From a virus (Duplodnaviria; Caudoviricetes), in IMG/VR virus record IMGVR_UViG_3300033121_001553, positions 1 through 64,000 of that record: 64,000 nucleotides of DNA; one strand, given 5' to 3'. Within the stretch, counting starts at the first letter, position 1. Every line of letters begins with the position of its first letter. The position numbers and the translations under genes are program-made. A model generated the notes under the pieces. That model ran no database searches. It was not told the DNA's origin and worked only from the letters and a program-made list of their open reading frames with translations. Shown here in pieces: positions 1 to 10,667 of the stretch.

Positions 1-448
1 GCATGAATGCGTAATTTTCTGATATCGTCGAAAGAAATTTCTTCAAATAGCTAAATTCTTTTGCGTAGAATTTTTTCTTGCTTAGTTTCTTTAGTATAAG
101 TTGCAGCTGCGCTATAATCAGCTTGATGCTCCACATCGCATTCCACATCTCATTGATGTGATGCCAATGTATGATGAATTTTTTCTTGACATCGTTATTT
201 ACAGTATCTGCTAGCATACCCATACTACCCATCTGACTTCTAAGTTTAATTTCTATTATTGAAGAGTAGTGCTCGATCTTCTGTATGTTACCGGAATTCG
301 ATGGCGCAAGTGTATTTTTCAACAAATTTACGTAGTTTGCCGTCTTATCAAGTTGATCTTGAAAGATCGTTGTGATACTGTGAGCGTCATCATGGTATGC
401 TTTGTACCAACTTATGATTTCTTCTATCTGCTCTTCTCTGCTTGACAT
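1..448 (-). CDS. Hypothetical protein, runs off the window edge; paralog of 458..1606
   Basis: ATG at 448 gives MSSREEQIEEIISWYKAYH, versus MSREEQIEDIVRWYKAYQ for its neighbour; not in the ORF track. Confidence 0.75.
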   Translation of the reverse strand, partial: MSSREEQIEEIISWYKAYHDDAHSITTIFQDQLDKTANYVNLLKNTLAPSNSGNIQKIEHYSSIIEIKLRSQMGSMGMLADTVNNDVKKKFIIHWHHINEMWNAMWSIKLIIAQLQLILKKLSKKKFYAKEFSYLKKFLSTISENYAFM

Positions 449-457
449 GTGGGTACC

Positions 458-1606
458 TTATTCTTCTGTCTTAACATTAAAACGCTTATTGAGACCGATC
501 GCAAGATCGCGGTAATCTTTCTCGTATCTATCAGATTCTTCGTACAAGTAATCAGCCATCTGCATCAACCCGCCAACTGCAAGATCGACTGTGTAGCCAA
601 TCTTTCCCACGTGATCTGAACAGATATCGAAAAATGTGTAAATAGCGTTTACATCTTGATCAGAAAACATTTCAAAGCTTGGGTGATCATCAGAGCCCAG
701 CTGTGCGTATATTCGCCTGTTATCGACAGCTGGCTTTTGTTTTGTTATCTCAGTGCACATTTCTTCAAAGTCTTCAAGCGCTTTTCGAAGCTGTCGTGTT
801 ACGTTTGCGGGAAAAATATCGCCGTTTGTTCCTACGTCTAGGATGTTAGAGAATTCGAGTTTATGCGATTTGTTGAAAAAAGCATTTTGATAAACGAAAC
901 TGTTTATTATCTTAATTGATTCAATGACGAATTTCTTTACACGAATTACGATCGTATAAAATTTGAGTAGAACCTCTGTCGTTGAGTCATGCGACGTTAT
1001 CGATGTCGGCAGCTTGAAATATTCTACGTCCATCGCCTGACTGCATATTTCGTACGTTTCTTTACAAACGCTCGTGAGATCCTCGATAAGCTCAGTAACG
1101 TCTTCGTGAAATTCTACAAGACTTTTACCTACGTACGTTTTAAACTCATCCCATATCGATTTTGCGATAGAATAATTCACAGCTACTTTTGAATGAAAGT
1201 TCTTAAGAAAGAGAAACTCTTTAACGTGAGATTTTTTCTTACCAAGAATTTTTAGCGCCACCCTCAGCTTTGCGATGCTGTCTTCAATCATAGACATTTT
1301 AGTGTCGATACCTATCAGATGGTAGCGCTGCAATTTGGTACCCACTATTCCTGGTTTCATGTCCATAAGCAGCAGCGATATCGTATCAAAGTTTGATGCT
1401 AGCCTGGCTCTCGCATACGCAGAATAGTGCTCTACGCTTACGTTGTTCAACGGATTCGAAGATCTTGCAAGCATCTGTAGCAGATCTTTTACGTGCTTGT
1501 CAACCTTCTTGAACTCGTTTTCAGCATCTGTTATATCGTCATTGATGTAGTACTGGTACGCTTTGTACCATCTTACGATATCTTCTATCTGCTCTTCTCT
1601 TGACAT
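458..1606 (-). CDS. Hypothetical helical protein (382 aa)
   Basis: Long ORF with TAA stop; N-terminus paralogous to the adjacent gene. Confidence 0.8.
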   Translation of the reverse strand: MSREEQIEDIVRWYKAYQYYINDDITDAENEFKKVDKHVKDLLQMLARSSNPLNNVSVEHYSAYARARLASNFDTISLLLMDMKPGIVGTKLQRYHLIGIDTKMSMIEDSIAKLRVALKILGKKKSHVKEFLFLKNFHSKVAVNYSIAKSIWDEFKTYVGKSLVEFHEDVTELIEDLTSVCKETYEICSQAMDVEYFKLPTSITSHDSTTEVLLKFYTIVIRVKKFVIESIKIINSFVYQNAFFNKSHKLEFSNILDVGTNGDIFPANVTRQLRKALEDFEEMCTEITKQKPAVDNRRIYAQLGSDDHPSFEMFSDQDVNAIYTFFDICSDHVGKIGYTVDLAVGGLMQMADYLYEESDRYEKDYRDLAIGLNKRFNVKTEE

Positions 1607-1650
1607 GTTACTAGGTATCGATTACCATACAACAAGCGGGATACAAAAGT

Positions 1651-2022
1651 ATGAGCAACAATATTAATCGCCCGAAGCACTACACGTCGCATCCAAGCGG
1701 TGTCGAGTGCATTGACATAATTATAAATTTTCCGTTTGGTCTCGGATGCATCATAAAGTATCTTTGGAGGGCTGGACTAAAGAATTCTCGTGTAGAAGAT
1801 TTGCAAAAAGCGATGTACTACATGAAAAAAGCTCCTCTTTACTGCGTTGATACAGTGCGACATGATTTGATACAACGTGTTCTTGAGCATGAAAATAACG
1901 AAGTTTTGCAAAAAATTCTTAAGAAAATCAGTCTTGGAAGTCATTCTATTTACATGACTGAAGAACTGATCGAGATTCTCCAAAGACAGATCAATGATCT
2001 GCAGATTGAAGAGGATGAATGA
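1651..2022 (+). CDS. DUF3310-family phage protein
   Basis: NINRPKHY..GVECID..G..IKYLWRAGLK..EDLQKA..Y signature. Confidence 0.85.
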   Translation: MSNNINRPKHYTSHPSGVECIDIIINFPFGLGCIIKYLWRAGLKNSRVEDLQKAMYYMKKAPLYCVDTVRHDLIQRVLEHENNEVLQKILKKISLGSHSIYMTEELIEILQRQINDLQIEEDE

Positions 2023-2030
2023 ATCAAATT

Positions 2031-2065
2031 TTGTAAATAGCTAATCATAGAATATATGATATAAT
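2031..2065 (+). promoter_or_regulatory. Putative sigma70-like promoter, near-leaderless transcript
   Basis: TTGTAA 2031-2036, 18 nt spacer, TATGAT 2055-2060 (TATAAT also at 2060-2065), ATG at 2067. Confidence 0.5.
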
Positions 2066-2066
2066 C

Positions 2067-3071
2067 ATGTCAAATCCACTTTTTTGGCCATCGATAGAAG
2101 CTTGGTACAACGTAAAGCGTAATGTTAGTAAGTACGACGTTATGCCCAATGTATCAGCAGTCGACTACAAGGGCAAGATAAAGCTGCATGGTACGAATGC
2201 TGCTGTTGTTATCGAAAGCACTGGAGCAGTGAGAGCTCTATCGAGAGCTTCTGTTCTTTCGCGTGAGTCAGATAACTACGGATTCGCAGCTTACGTTGCC
2301 GATCATCTGGCGGAGAGCTATTCGCAGCTATCTCAAACGAACAAGACGATCTACGTGTACGGAGAGTGGTGCGGTAAAGGAGTGCAAAAAGGTGTTGCGC
2401 TATCGCAGCTACAGTCACGTGTATTTGCTATCTTCGCTTGCGTTGTGGTCGACAACGTAACAGAAGCGAAAACATTTATTTGCGAACCCAATGAACTTCA
2501 GCGATTCTCTTTGACTGAACATTCAGCGTACATTCTGCCGTGGATGCATTCGTGCAAGTTGAACGTGCGGACTGACAACGTTGATGAAATCGACAAGATA
2601 AACAAGCTTGTTGAAGAAGTAGAGCAGGTCGATCCGTGGGTCAAGTCAACGTTTGACATCTCTGGCACCGGAGAAGGGCTTGTTATGTACCCATTCGTTG
2701 ATGGCAGATGTACATTTGAGCTTTTTCAAAATTTCGCTTTCAAAGCGAAGGGCGAAAAACATAAAGTTGTCGAAAAGGAAAAGCCAGTGCAAGACAATGT
2801 ACCGTCTGCCGACTCTGTCGCCGCTTACGTTAAACTTGTTCTAACAGACGCTCGGTACGAGCAAGGCGTAAGAGCTACAAATGATGGCGAATTCAAGCAT
2901 GACATGCGTAAAGTCGGCGACTTCATTGCGTGGATGAAGGCTGACCTTGCGAAAGAGACATCCAATATTCTCGAAGCGAGTGGGATACAGAATGTTAAGT
3001 TTGCTTACGATGCTTGCGCAAAAGCAGCACGCGAAAGATACATTGCAGAAGCTAAGAAGGTGACGTCGTGA
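2067..3071 (+). CDS. RNA ligase, Rnl2-like nucleotidyltransferase
   Basis: Motifs KLHGTN, YGEWCG, GEGLV, FKAKGEK. Confidence 0.8.
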   Translation: MSNPLFWPSIEAWYNVKRNVSKYDVMPNVSAVDYKGKIKLHGTNAAVVIESTGAVRALSRASVLSRESDNYGFAAYVADHLAESYSQLSQTNKTIYVYGEWCGKGVQKGVALSQLQSRVFAIFACVVVDNVTEAKTFICEPNELQRFSLTEHSAYILPWMHSCKLNVRTDNVDEIDKINKLVEEVEQVDPWVKSTFDISGTGEGLVMYPFVDGRCTFELFQNFAFKAKGEKHKVVEKEKPVQDNVPSADSVAAYVKLVLTDARYEQGVRATNDGEFKHDMRKVGDFIAWMKADLAKETSNILEASGIQNVKFAYDACAKAARERYIAEAKKVTS

Positions 3072-3200
3072 TAAAGTCTTTTATACATGAGTATACACAC
3101 AAACTTATGCTAGAGGATTTTCGTAGAGAACGCTCAATGCCGCTACTGTATCATGTGCTTGAAATAGTGCACGATATCACAAAGCCATTCTAAAGTCAAA

Positions 3201-3229
3201 GATGATGCCGACTCAATGTCGGCATCGTT
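3201..3229. terminator. Hairpin between convergent genes
   Basis: GATGCCGAC 3204-3212, loop TCAAT, GTCGGCATC 3218-3226; lies just beyond the TTA end (3234) of the minus-strand gene. Confidence 0.55.
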
Positions 3230-3233
3230 CACT

Positions 3234-3902
3234 TAAAATATCGAATGTGTTGAAGTAGTTTGAACCCGCGCGTACTATCATCGCTTTGATGTTGTCTTCG
3301 CTAAATTTTGTAAGCGATGTTGCTAGACTGACGATACGTTCGTTGTTAGCTGTCATTACAGCTGCTAGCGTAGCGTAGTCATTATTCTTCTCGTAAGCGT
3401 TATTAAGCACAGCAGCATCTGGATCATTTTTGTACACTTCGCAGTCGTCGTTTGGATCTGGTGTCTGCGGATTTTCGTAGTCGTCCAAAGGATACTTACC
3501 ACGTCCGCTACTGTACTGTTTTTTCCATCCGCTACGTGCAGTCTTACTAACATAGGTTCTGTCAGATATGAGTCGTCCAGTTATCTCGTATCCAAGCCCA
3601 TACATCAGCTTACCATCGCCAGCGACCATCTTGACTTGTAGCGCATTGTTGCACGGTAGCTTGGCTTTATTTCTTCCGTAAGTTGGGCCAACCCTGATCA
3701 TTCCAACGACGCGCTTCTGAAACTGCGCAACGTTAATAGTTGCGTCTGGCTTTTTGAGCAGCTCTTCGATTCCATCTGGATCGTACACAACAAGATCGTA
3801 AGTATTTCCGTACAGCAAAACTGTGTTGAGACAGAGCTTTGTATCTGCATCACGAGCAATGCTTTCGATCAAACGTTTGAGATCACTAATACGAATTTTC
3901 AT
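3234..3902 (-). CDS. Leader-bearing hypothetical protein (putative virion/internal head protein), paralog A; ends at TTA
   Basis: MKIRISDLKRLIES leader; DDYENPQTPDPNDDCEVY shared with the neighbour; in-frame TTA at 3234-3236 before the hairpin. Confidence 0.75.
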
Positions 3903-4138
3903 GTTTCGTTGTAACGATTGCTGAAGTAGATACCCGCTGCGTATTCGACTTCGCTTTCGACTTTCTTTTTACCGTATCTTGCGCAAAGTTCGTCGTGATT
4001 CGCAAGCATCGTATGCATAGCACCGCTAAAGTCATCAATTCCGCTGTAAGCGTTGTCAAGATAAAGCGCGTCTGGATCTGAATTACCGTACACTTCGCAG
4101 TCGTCGTTTGGATCTGGTGTCTGCGGATTTTCGTAGTC
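3432..4138. repeat. 51-bp exact direct repeat (3432-3482 and 4088-4138) inside tandem paralogs
   Basis: gtacacttcgcagtcgtcgtttggatctggtgtctgcggattttcgtagtc occurs twice. Confidence 0.9.
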
Positions 4139-4573
4139 ATCGAACGGAAATATTGTTTTTCCGTATGCTGCTTTGGCCCCACGCTTGGAAAACTGATTTT
4201 TCCAAGCAGCCCTGGCGGGGGGCTTGACAGTCTTTCTGTCGGGCATCAACCTTCCACCAGCATAGATGTACCCAAGCCCATACATCAGCTTGCCATCACC
4301 AGCGACTGAGTCAACCATCCATGCTCCATTGCACGGCTGACCGATTGCTGACTTTGCGTCTGATATTGAGATAGTACCGACAATCGCTTGAGCGAAATGT
4401 CCGCTGTCCATAACGTTCTGCTCTAGAAGCTCAGCGAATTTCCACCCATCGTACACATGAATAGAAATCCTATCATTTGATGCCTTATCAACATACAAAC
4501 ACATACTATCTATTGAATTTGCGTTAAGCGCCGCTTCTATAAGCGTTCTTAGCTTGCTTAGTCTAAGCTTCAT
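3899..4573 (-). CDS. Leader-bearing hypothetical protein, paralog B
   Basis: Start at MKLRLSKLRTLIEA; shares PCN..VAGDGKLMYGLGY and DDYENPQTPDPNDDC with paralog A. Confidence 0.75.
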   Translation of the reverse strand: MKLRLSKLRTLIEAALNANSIDSMCLYVDKASNDRISIHVYDGWKFAELLEQNVMDSGHFAQAIVGTISISDAKSAIGQPCNGAWMVDSVAGDGKLMYGLGYIYAGGRLMPDRKTVKPPARAAWKNQFSKRGAKAAYGKTIFPFDDYENPQTPDPNDDCEVYGNSDPDALYLDNAYSGIDDFSGAMHTMLANHDELCARYGKKKVESEVEYAAGIYFSNRYNET

Positions 4574-4594
4574 GTAACAACTTAAAATAGTCAC

Positions 4595-5605
4595 ATGATA
4601 AAGTACTTGGGATCAAAAAGACTGCTTGTATCAAACATTGCTGACGTAGTTGCAAGATTTGATAATGTTTCATCATTTGCTGATGCGTTTAGCGGCACAT
4701 CGCGCGTTGGGTATCATTTCAAAAAATGCGGCAAGAGGGTGCTTTCGAACGATGCTGCGAGATATGCGTACACGTTCGCGATGTGTTACATTACGGCTGA
4801 CGCGAAAAAATACGCTGACGACGCAAGCAAGATAATCTCAGATCTGCAAAAGTTGCCGGGCAAGTACGGGTACTTCACAGATACGTTCTGTGTTCGTTCG
4901 CGATTCTTGCAACCGTTCAACGGTGAAAAGATAGACGCAATGCGCGATGAAGTCGCGAGACTGTCGTTGGATCCCGTGCTTGAAGCAGTCGTGCTAACAT
5001 CGATAGTCGAAGCAGCGGATCGTGTTGACTCTACAGTCGCGTTGCAGTCTGCGTATCTGAAGAAGTGGTCGAAACGTTCCTACGACAGTCTAACACTTCG
5101 ACTGCCAGAGCTTGTTGACTCTAACGAACGTTGCGAAGCATTCTGCGGAGACGCGTCAGACTTTGTTGCGTCTATCGATGCAGATCTTGTCTACATAGAT
5201 CCGCCGTACAATCAGCACAGCTATATTGGCAACTACCATGTTTGGGAAACGCTTGTTAGATGGGATGCGCCAGAGCACTTCGGCGTAGCGTGCAAACGTA
5301 GAGACTACAACAGCGAAAGCATGAAAAGCGATTACAATAGCAAAAAGAAATTTCTATCAACTTTCAACAAGTTGATCCGCAGTCTAAAGTCTAAATACGC
5401 GATTGTTTCTTTTAGCAATGAAAGCTTTATCACGTACGATCAGGTTGTTGAAATACTCATGTGCATGGGAAATGTAAGCGTTGTTTCGATCCCGCATAAG
5501 CGGTACATCGGTTCAAAAATCGGTGGAAGCACGAATCTCTCTGGCGTAAGAAGCGGAGGCCACGCTAGCTGCGTTGAATACTTGTTTTGCCTTGATATGA
5601 CGTTA
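4595..5605 (+). CDS. DNA adenine methyltransferase (D12/FokI-like N6-adenine MTase); ends at TTA
   Basis: KYLGSK, DAFSGTSRVG (motif I), YIDPPYNQH (motif IV); first in-frame TTA at 5603-5605. Confidence 0.88.
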
Positions 5606-5615
5606 CAATACGCTC

Positions 5616-5645
5616 GTGTAATCTGTGATATCAGCAACATATAAT
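5616..5645 (+). promoter_or_regulatory. Putative sigma70-like promoter
   Basis: GTGTAA 5616-5621, 18 nt, TATAAT 5640-5645, start at 5650 or 5662. Confidence 0.5.
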
Positions 5646-5649
5646 AATA

Positions 5650-6372
5650 TTGAAAGTTTTTATGAAACTAATCGAAAATTTTCTCAAAGCTGGCTCTGAC
5701 TATGATCTGCGTATCGAATGCACGTATGATAAGCTTTACAAAGTTTCGCTAAGTGCCGTTATATGCAGCATCGAGGGAGGCAGCATATTTCTGCAGCGTG
5801 AAGCTGATACATTTGAAGAAGCATTCACGAATGTAGCGATAGACTGCTGCAGACTAAATCTCAACGATGGTGGAACGCTCAACGATGGTCCACTATTTCC
5901 CAAGCTGCACATCTTTATGCAAAATTCGCAGCTAAAAACAGCTGCGTACAAAGAAGCCAAACAGAAGATCTACGACGCAGATAACGATGATCTGCGTGAT
6001 GCAAAACAGTACGTTTATCTTGTTACGAATAAAAAGATAACAGATCCACAGCTTCTAACTTGTTTTGCGCATTACAGCGTACGCCCTAACATCGTGTATC
6101 AGAACGCAGACAACGCTATCAAAAAACCGCTAAATTATTACGCTAGTAGGGCAAGCGCTATGCTTGTAGACGTACAGTCTAATGTATGCTTGCTGTACGT
6201 CGCAAAAGTCATAAATTGCGCTCGTAATGTCATCGTGAACATCGATGATGAAACGTTGGCTGACTACGACTACGAAAAATTCTTTGATACAGTGGATATC
6301 AATTTCTACAGGGACTTCGCCGCAGCAGCAAAGTATGCTACATGGTGCACGATTAATACGAGATCATCATGA
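5650..6372 (+). CDS. Hypothetical protein
   Basis: 240-aa ORF; alternative ATG at 5662; ATGA overlap with the next gene. Confidence 0.7.
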   Translation: MKVFMKLIENFLKAGSDYDLRIECTYDKLYKVSLSAVICSIEGGSIFLQREADTFEEAFTNVAIDCCRLNLNDGGTLNDGPLFPKLHIFMQNSQLKTAAYKEAKQKIYDADNDDLRDAKQYVYLVTNKKITDPQLLTCFAHYSVRPNIVYQNADNAIKKPLNYYASRASAMLVDVQSNVCLLYVAKVINCARNVIVNIDDETLADYDYEKFFDTVDINFYRDFAAAAKYATWCTINTRSS

Positions 6373-7130
6373 AGAAGAAAAAGATAAAGCAAAAAATACC
6401 TGCTGCTCAACATCAGATATTCGTCTCAGACGAGATGATAGTCTCACATCTACGAGAGTCGTACAATAAAGCGAACATGTATCGTAGTTCGTTGTCTGAT
6501 GGTAGCTTTGTAGCAAAAAAGATTATTCAGATGATAGGCATGTCTGGTAAAAAGACGCGTCATCTTCTCAACAACCTTGCGTCAATACCACGTATGAAGT
6601 ACTCAGAAGTTGGAACTTATACTGGTTCCACGCTTATGTCAGCATTGTACGATAATCCAATAACAGCTGTATGCTGCGATAACTGGTCGCAGTTTGGTGA
6701 TAAAAGAGATGTGTTCTTGATGAACATCTCAGACTTCTCAAACTTTTCTGTCTACGACGACTCGCAACAGAAAATATTGATGCTTGAACAAGACTTTAGA
6801 CTTCCTTCAACATTCAGCAATACAGTATGGAGAAATACTGATTTTTATATGTTCGATGGACCGCACGGTGAACAAGATCAATACGATGGAATAACTCTTT
6901 TTGCAAAAAACTTGTCAGAGCGATTCTTGCTTATCGTTGATGACTGGTACTGGGACGGTCCTAAAGTTGGAACGCGTAGAGCATTGAAAGACTGCGGTAT
7001 AACCGTTCTTGAGTCATTTGAAATGAACGTTGAACCAGAGCGCGAAGTTGACGGAAAATGCGTAAATCGTTTTGAGTCATCAGACTGGCATAACGGAATT
7101 GCGGTTTTTGCTTGCAAAAAGAAAATGTTA
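6369..7130 (+). CDS. Class I SAM-dependent methyltransferase-like protein (Methyltransf_24-like); ends at TTA
   Basis: YSEVGTYTGST, FYMFDGPH, LIVDDW, WHNG; TTA at 7128-7130 removes a 125-nt overlap with the next gene. Confidence 0.75.
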
Positions 7131-7150
7131 ACTCGTTTAGTTAGATTTAA

Positions 7151-7180
7151 ATGCAATCTAACCACCTCATATGGTAAGAT
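7151..7180 (+). promoter_or_regulatory. Putative sigma70-like promoter (extended -10)
   Basis: ATGCAA 7151-7156, 18 nt, TGG-TAAGAT ending 7180, ATG at 7186. Confidence 0.5.
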
Positions 7181-7185
7181 AAGTT

Positions 7186-8019
7186 ATGAAACGTCATTTG
7201 CTGCTAGACGGTATGAATTTTTTTCACCGCTCACGTCAAGGTGCGCAAGGAATAAATTCTATCATATACAATTTCTTTCGTTCGCTTCGCGCTCTCATCG
7301 AACAGCTTGATCCATCTGGCGTAACAATTGTTCTTGAAGGTAAAGCTCTTGAACGACGTGCATTGTACGATGGATACAAGCAGAATCGTGTGATCGACGA
7401 GTCGAATGTAGAGAAGATCGCGCAGATGATTGATTTTAATCAGCAAGTAAGCCTTGCGCTTGAGCTGCTGCACTTTCTTCCCATTACGGTAGCTCGTCAT
7501 GCCAAGTTTGAATGTGATGATGCGATCGCAAATGTTGCATCTAAGCTGCAGTCAAGCGTCGTCGTTAGCAACGATAGCGATTTCATGCAGCTTTTTGACT
7601 TTGTCGGCACAGCATGCGATGTGAAACTGTACAATCCAATGAAGAAAATATACGTAGAGTCGCCTGACTATGACTACGTTATGTGGAAGTCGCTTCGTGG
7701 AGACATGTCAGACAACATTCCAGGGATCCCTGGAATCGGCGATAAACGTGCAATGGCACTCGTAAAAAAAGGATCAGAGCAAGTCTACGACTGGCTACGT
7801 CAGGACGCTAGCAGGCTCGAGATTTTCGAACGTAATATGGAGTTGATCAAATTTCGTCGTTGGACGAACGATGATGACTGGAATGGTTTCGTTGTGACTG
7901 GCGACAGCAACGCCAACTACGACATGCTGCGTTCGTTGTTCGATGATCTTGAGTTTGTATCGATTACGAACGATCGTGCTTGGAAAAGGTTTGTCTCAAC
8001 GTTCGAAGCAGCGAGGTGA
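7186..8019 (+). CDS. 5'-3' exonuclease / flap endonuclease (Pol I N-terminal, T4 RNase H-like)
   Basis: LLLDGMN, R..LY.GYKQNR, FECDD, SNDSDF.QL, LRGD.SDNIPGIPGIG. Confidence 0.92.
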   Translation: MKRHLLLDGMNFFHRSRQGAQGINSIIYNFFRSLRALIEQLDPSGVTIVLEGKALERRALYDGYKQNRVIDESNVEKIAQMIDFNQQVSLALELLHFLPITVARHAKFECDDAIANVASKLQSSVVVSNDSDFMQLFDFVGTACDVKLYNPMKKIYVESPDYDYVMWKSLRGDMSDNIPGIPGIGDKRAMALVKKGSEQVYDWLRQDASRLEIFERNMELIKFRRWTNDDDWNGFVVTGDSNANYDMLRSLFDDLEFVSITNDRAWKRFVSTFEAAR

Positions 8020-8535
8020 ATGCAAATGCGCGACGACAAGAGAAATATTTTTGCTCGTGAAGTTATACCATCAGACGGTGGGAAAATAATTTTTCTCGCA
8101 GGTCCTACGCCACGCAGCGATGATGTTCCAAGCTGGCGGCCCGCTGCTGTTGAACTTCTGCGTTCACTCGGATACGATGGTTACATCATCATCCCAGAAG
8201 AGCGTGGCAGCATCTGCGGTGACTTCGACTACGATGAGCAAATCATCTGGGAGACGACTGGTCTTGCGATCGCTGATGTTATCGTCTTCTGGATTCCGCG
8301 CGATCTTGAAAATATGCCTGGCTTCACAACGAACGATGAGTGGGGAACGTGGAAGTCAAGCGGAAAAGTTGTCTTTGGCGCACCAGTCGACGCACCAAAG
8401 ACAAGCTATCAACTGTGGTGGGCACGTAGGTTGAACGTTCCAACATCGCATGACTTGAAAGAACTATTGAAATTCGCTTGCACGATGATCGATAGCAAAC
8501 GTACGCAACAAGCATCGTGTTGTGACACAGAATGA
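8020..8535 (+). CDS. Nucleoside 2-deoxyribosyltransferase-like protein
   Basis: IFLAGPTPR..VPSWR, PE, QI.WE...L..ADVIVFWIPR...MPGFTTNDEWG. Confidence 0.75.
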   Translation: MQMRDDKRNIFAREVIPSDGGKIIFLAGPTPRSDDVPSWRPAAVELLRSLGYDGYIIIPEERGSICGDFDYDEQIIWETTGLAIADVIVFWIPRDLENMPGFTTNDEWGTWKSSGKVVFGAPVDAPKTSYQLWWARRLNVPTSHDLKELLKFACTMIDSKRTQQASCCDTE

Positions 8536-8651
8536 AGAATTCTAATGAAAAAACGAATCAGCGCGATTCGTTTTTTGTTTGGATGATCGTGCTAACATGC
8601 ATCCTCGTTATAGCTTTGCTAGTTGAACGTGGTCGCGGATACACAGATTAA
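8532..8651 (+). CDS. Small single-TM protein (39 aa)
   Basis: MKNSNEKTNQRDSFFVWMIVLTCILVIALLVERGRGYTD; fills the gap with an ATGA overlap; below the track cutoff. Confidence 0.5.
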   Translation: MKNSNEKTNQRDSFFVWMIVLTCILVIALLVERGRGYTD

Positions 8652-8654
8652 AAA

Positions 8655-9029
8655 ATGAATACAACGCAGCTAAAAAATCGTGCAAGATGTTATGAGCTTG
8701 CAGCATTCGTGTTGATAGCGTTCTCCGCTACCTGCTGCTCATCAGCGTTCGTCAGATACAGATTTAATATGGCAACGCTTAGCGTAGCGTTGCTTTTGTG
8801 TCTCTTGTCTTTTCTTTCTCTTGTCGCTGCAATCCTATCATTTAAGTTGTCGATTAACATAAATGTCAAAGCTGACGAAATTATGAAGCGCGAGATGCTT
8901 ATGAGTCGATTTGCGCTCGTTACGTACATGCTGAATCAGCTACGACCTGACAGTGAGCTATCTGCGAAATTCTCAGCAGAGCTAGATCAGCTGACTGCGG
9001 AAATTTCTGCATATGAAAGAGACAAGTAG
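8655..9029 (+). CDS. Hypothetical two-TM membrane protein
   Basis: Two hydrophobic segments; in operon context. Confidence 0.65.
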   Translation: MNTTQLKNRARCYELAAFVLIAFSATCCSSAFVRYRFNMATLSVALLLCLLSFLSLVAAILSFKLSININVKADEIMKREMLMSRFALVTYMLNQLRPDSELSAKFSAELDQLTAEISAYERDK

Positions 9030-9456
9030 TCATGTGTTGTACATCCCGCCAAGATCGCCAAACCCGCTGCTGCAAGAACTGCACGTCGGAAAATCAGACT
9101 GGCACTGGAGAGTGCTCGTCATCTGCATCATGCTCAATAGAACAAGAAGAGCGCAAGTCGAAACAGTGTCTGAGCTGTTCTTCGAAGCGTTCCCGACAAG
9201 CTCAGACGTCAGAGTTGACGATCTTGCGCTCGTTGAAGAGATCGTTAGACCACTCGGATTTGCAAAAAAACGTGCAGAAACTCTCGTTGAGATGAGTTGC
9301 TTGTACGCATTGCAGCTTTATAGTGATGTAAGCGAACTACCTGGCGTAGGAAAGTACGCCATTGACGCATACAAACTTTTGTGCCTCGGCGACATGAACG
9401 TTTCACCGAATGATCACGCGCTGAACTACTATCACTCATGGATTTTGGGACGATGA
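9013..9456 (+). CDS. HhH-GPD DNA glycosylase, MBD4-like
   Basis: LLQE..W.VLVICIMLNRT, RPLG..KRA..L, LPGVGKYA.DAY..., P.DHAL..Y..W. Confidence 0.85.
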   Translation: MKETSSHVLYIPPRSPNPLLQELHVGKSDWHWRVLVICIMLNRTRRAQVETVSELFFEAFPTSSDVRVDDLALVEEIVRPLGFAKKRAETLVEMSCLYALQLYSDVSELPGVGKYAIDAYKLLCLGDMNVSPNDHALNYYHSWILGR

Positions 9457-10646
9457 AGGCAAGACTCGCTAAAAAAATTGATCATTACAAAACGATCTAT
9501 AAGATCGCCAACGCTGGTGGAAAGTTGGCGGAAAATTTCGTATTCAGCGTTGTCAGCGTGCTTAAAGAAATAAAGTCAGACAAAATTCAAGACATTATCT
9601 CGCCGTACACGGCTGCTTACGACTTTTTGTCTTCGATTCAAGAAAACATGCTAAGCATCAGATTCATATCTGATCTTGGCACATTTGGATATGTACAAGC
9701 TATCGAGAGTGAGATCTACGACAGCATATCAGAGCTCTTCGAGAGCTGCGTCATTGGAACGATCAACGCGCGTTGGGATGAGCAAAAGCTAAAGATCTCG
9801 AAGCTTGATGACATAGTATTCATTACGTCTGTAAGCGGACGACGTGGTGGCTGCGCTTATGTTCATGAAAATGACGTAAATAAAGCGCGTGCGCTTATCT
9901 ACGACAAGCTTGTGCAAAAGTACGGCAAAAAGATATTCATAGAAACTGTTACCAGCAAAGATCTTTCAACGCATCTGAAGATTTTTCGAGACACAAGTAT
10001 TGATAAGAACTTGCATCGCTACAGCGCGATAGACTTCGTTAAACGTATCGTCAATACACACAATGGTTCGTTTGCTCTTGTCCTTTACGGCAATCCCGGT
10101 ACGGGCAAAAGCACGATCTCAAGAATGCTAGCAGAGCAGCTGTTCGAATCGTATATACGATTCGACGTTAGCGGGAAGTTTACGCTATCGAACGTTATTG
10201 TAAGCGCTTGCAGAACATTTCAGCCGGAATGCGTTATCATCGACGACATCGACAGGTCATCAATGACTTCTGGCGAGATGCTCTCGTTGATTGATGCGCT
10301 CAAGCAGCAGTGCAAGTGCATCATCGCAAGTGTTAATGATCTGAAGTCACTTGGATCAGCTGTGCGTAGACCGGGACGTTTTGACTACGAGCTTCCAGTG
10401 AATGGGCTGGAAGAATCGATAAGACGAAGCGTGCTCGGCGACGAACTGTACGAATGCTTCAACGACGCTGTGTACGACTGGCCGATCGCGTATCTGCTAC
10501 CTTTGGCGAACGCTTACAAAACAATGTCTGAAGAAGATGCAATGTGCGTCTATTTCAACCTGTCGCGCAGATGGCGAGCCGATGGCGGTAGAAAGAAACG
10601 ATTTTCTATCGGTGCTGTAGAAGAAACAGACGATGCAAATGAATTA
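9453..10646 (+). CDS. AAA+ ATPase; ends at TTA
   Basis: Walker A GNPGTGKS, Walker B VIIDDID, RRPGRFD; ATG at 9453 overlaps the previous TGA; TTA at 10644-10646. Confidence 0.85.
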
Positions 10647-10662
10647 ACACCTATGGTATAGT
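10633..10662 (+). promoter_or_regulatory. Putative sigma70-like promoter (extended -10)
   Basis: ATGCAA 10633-10638, 18 nt, TGG-TATAGT ending 10662, ATG at 10668. Confidence 0.5.
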
Positions 10663-10667
10663 TTTCC

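Noticed and set aside
3068-3193. 41-codon GTG-start ORF after the RNA ligase
   Set aside because: It is possible but short, with no motif to support it.
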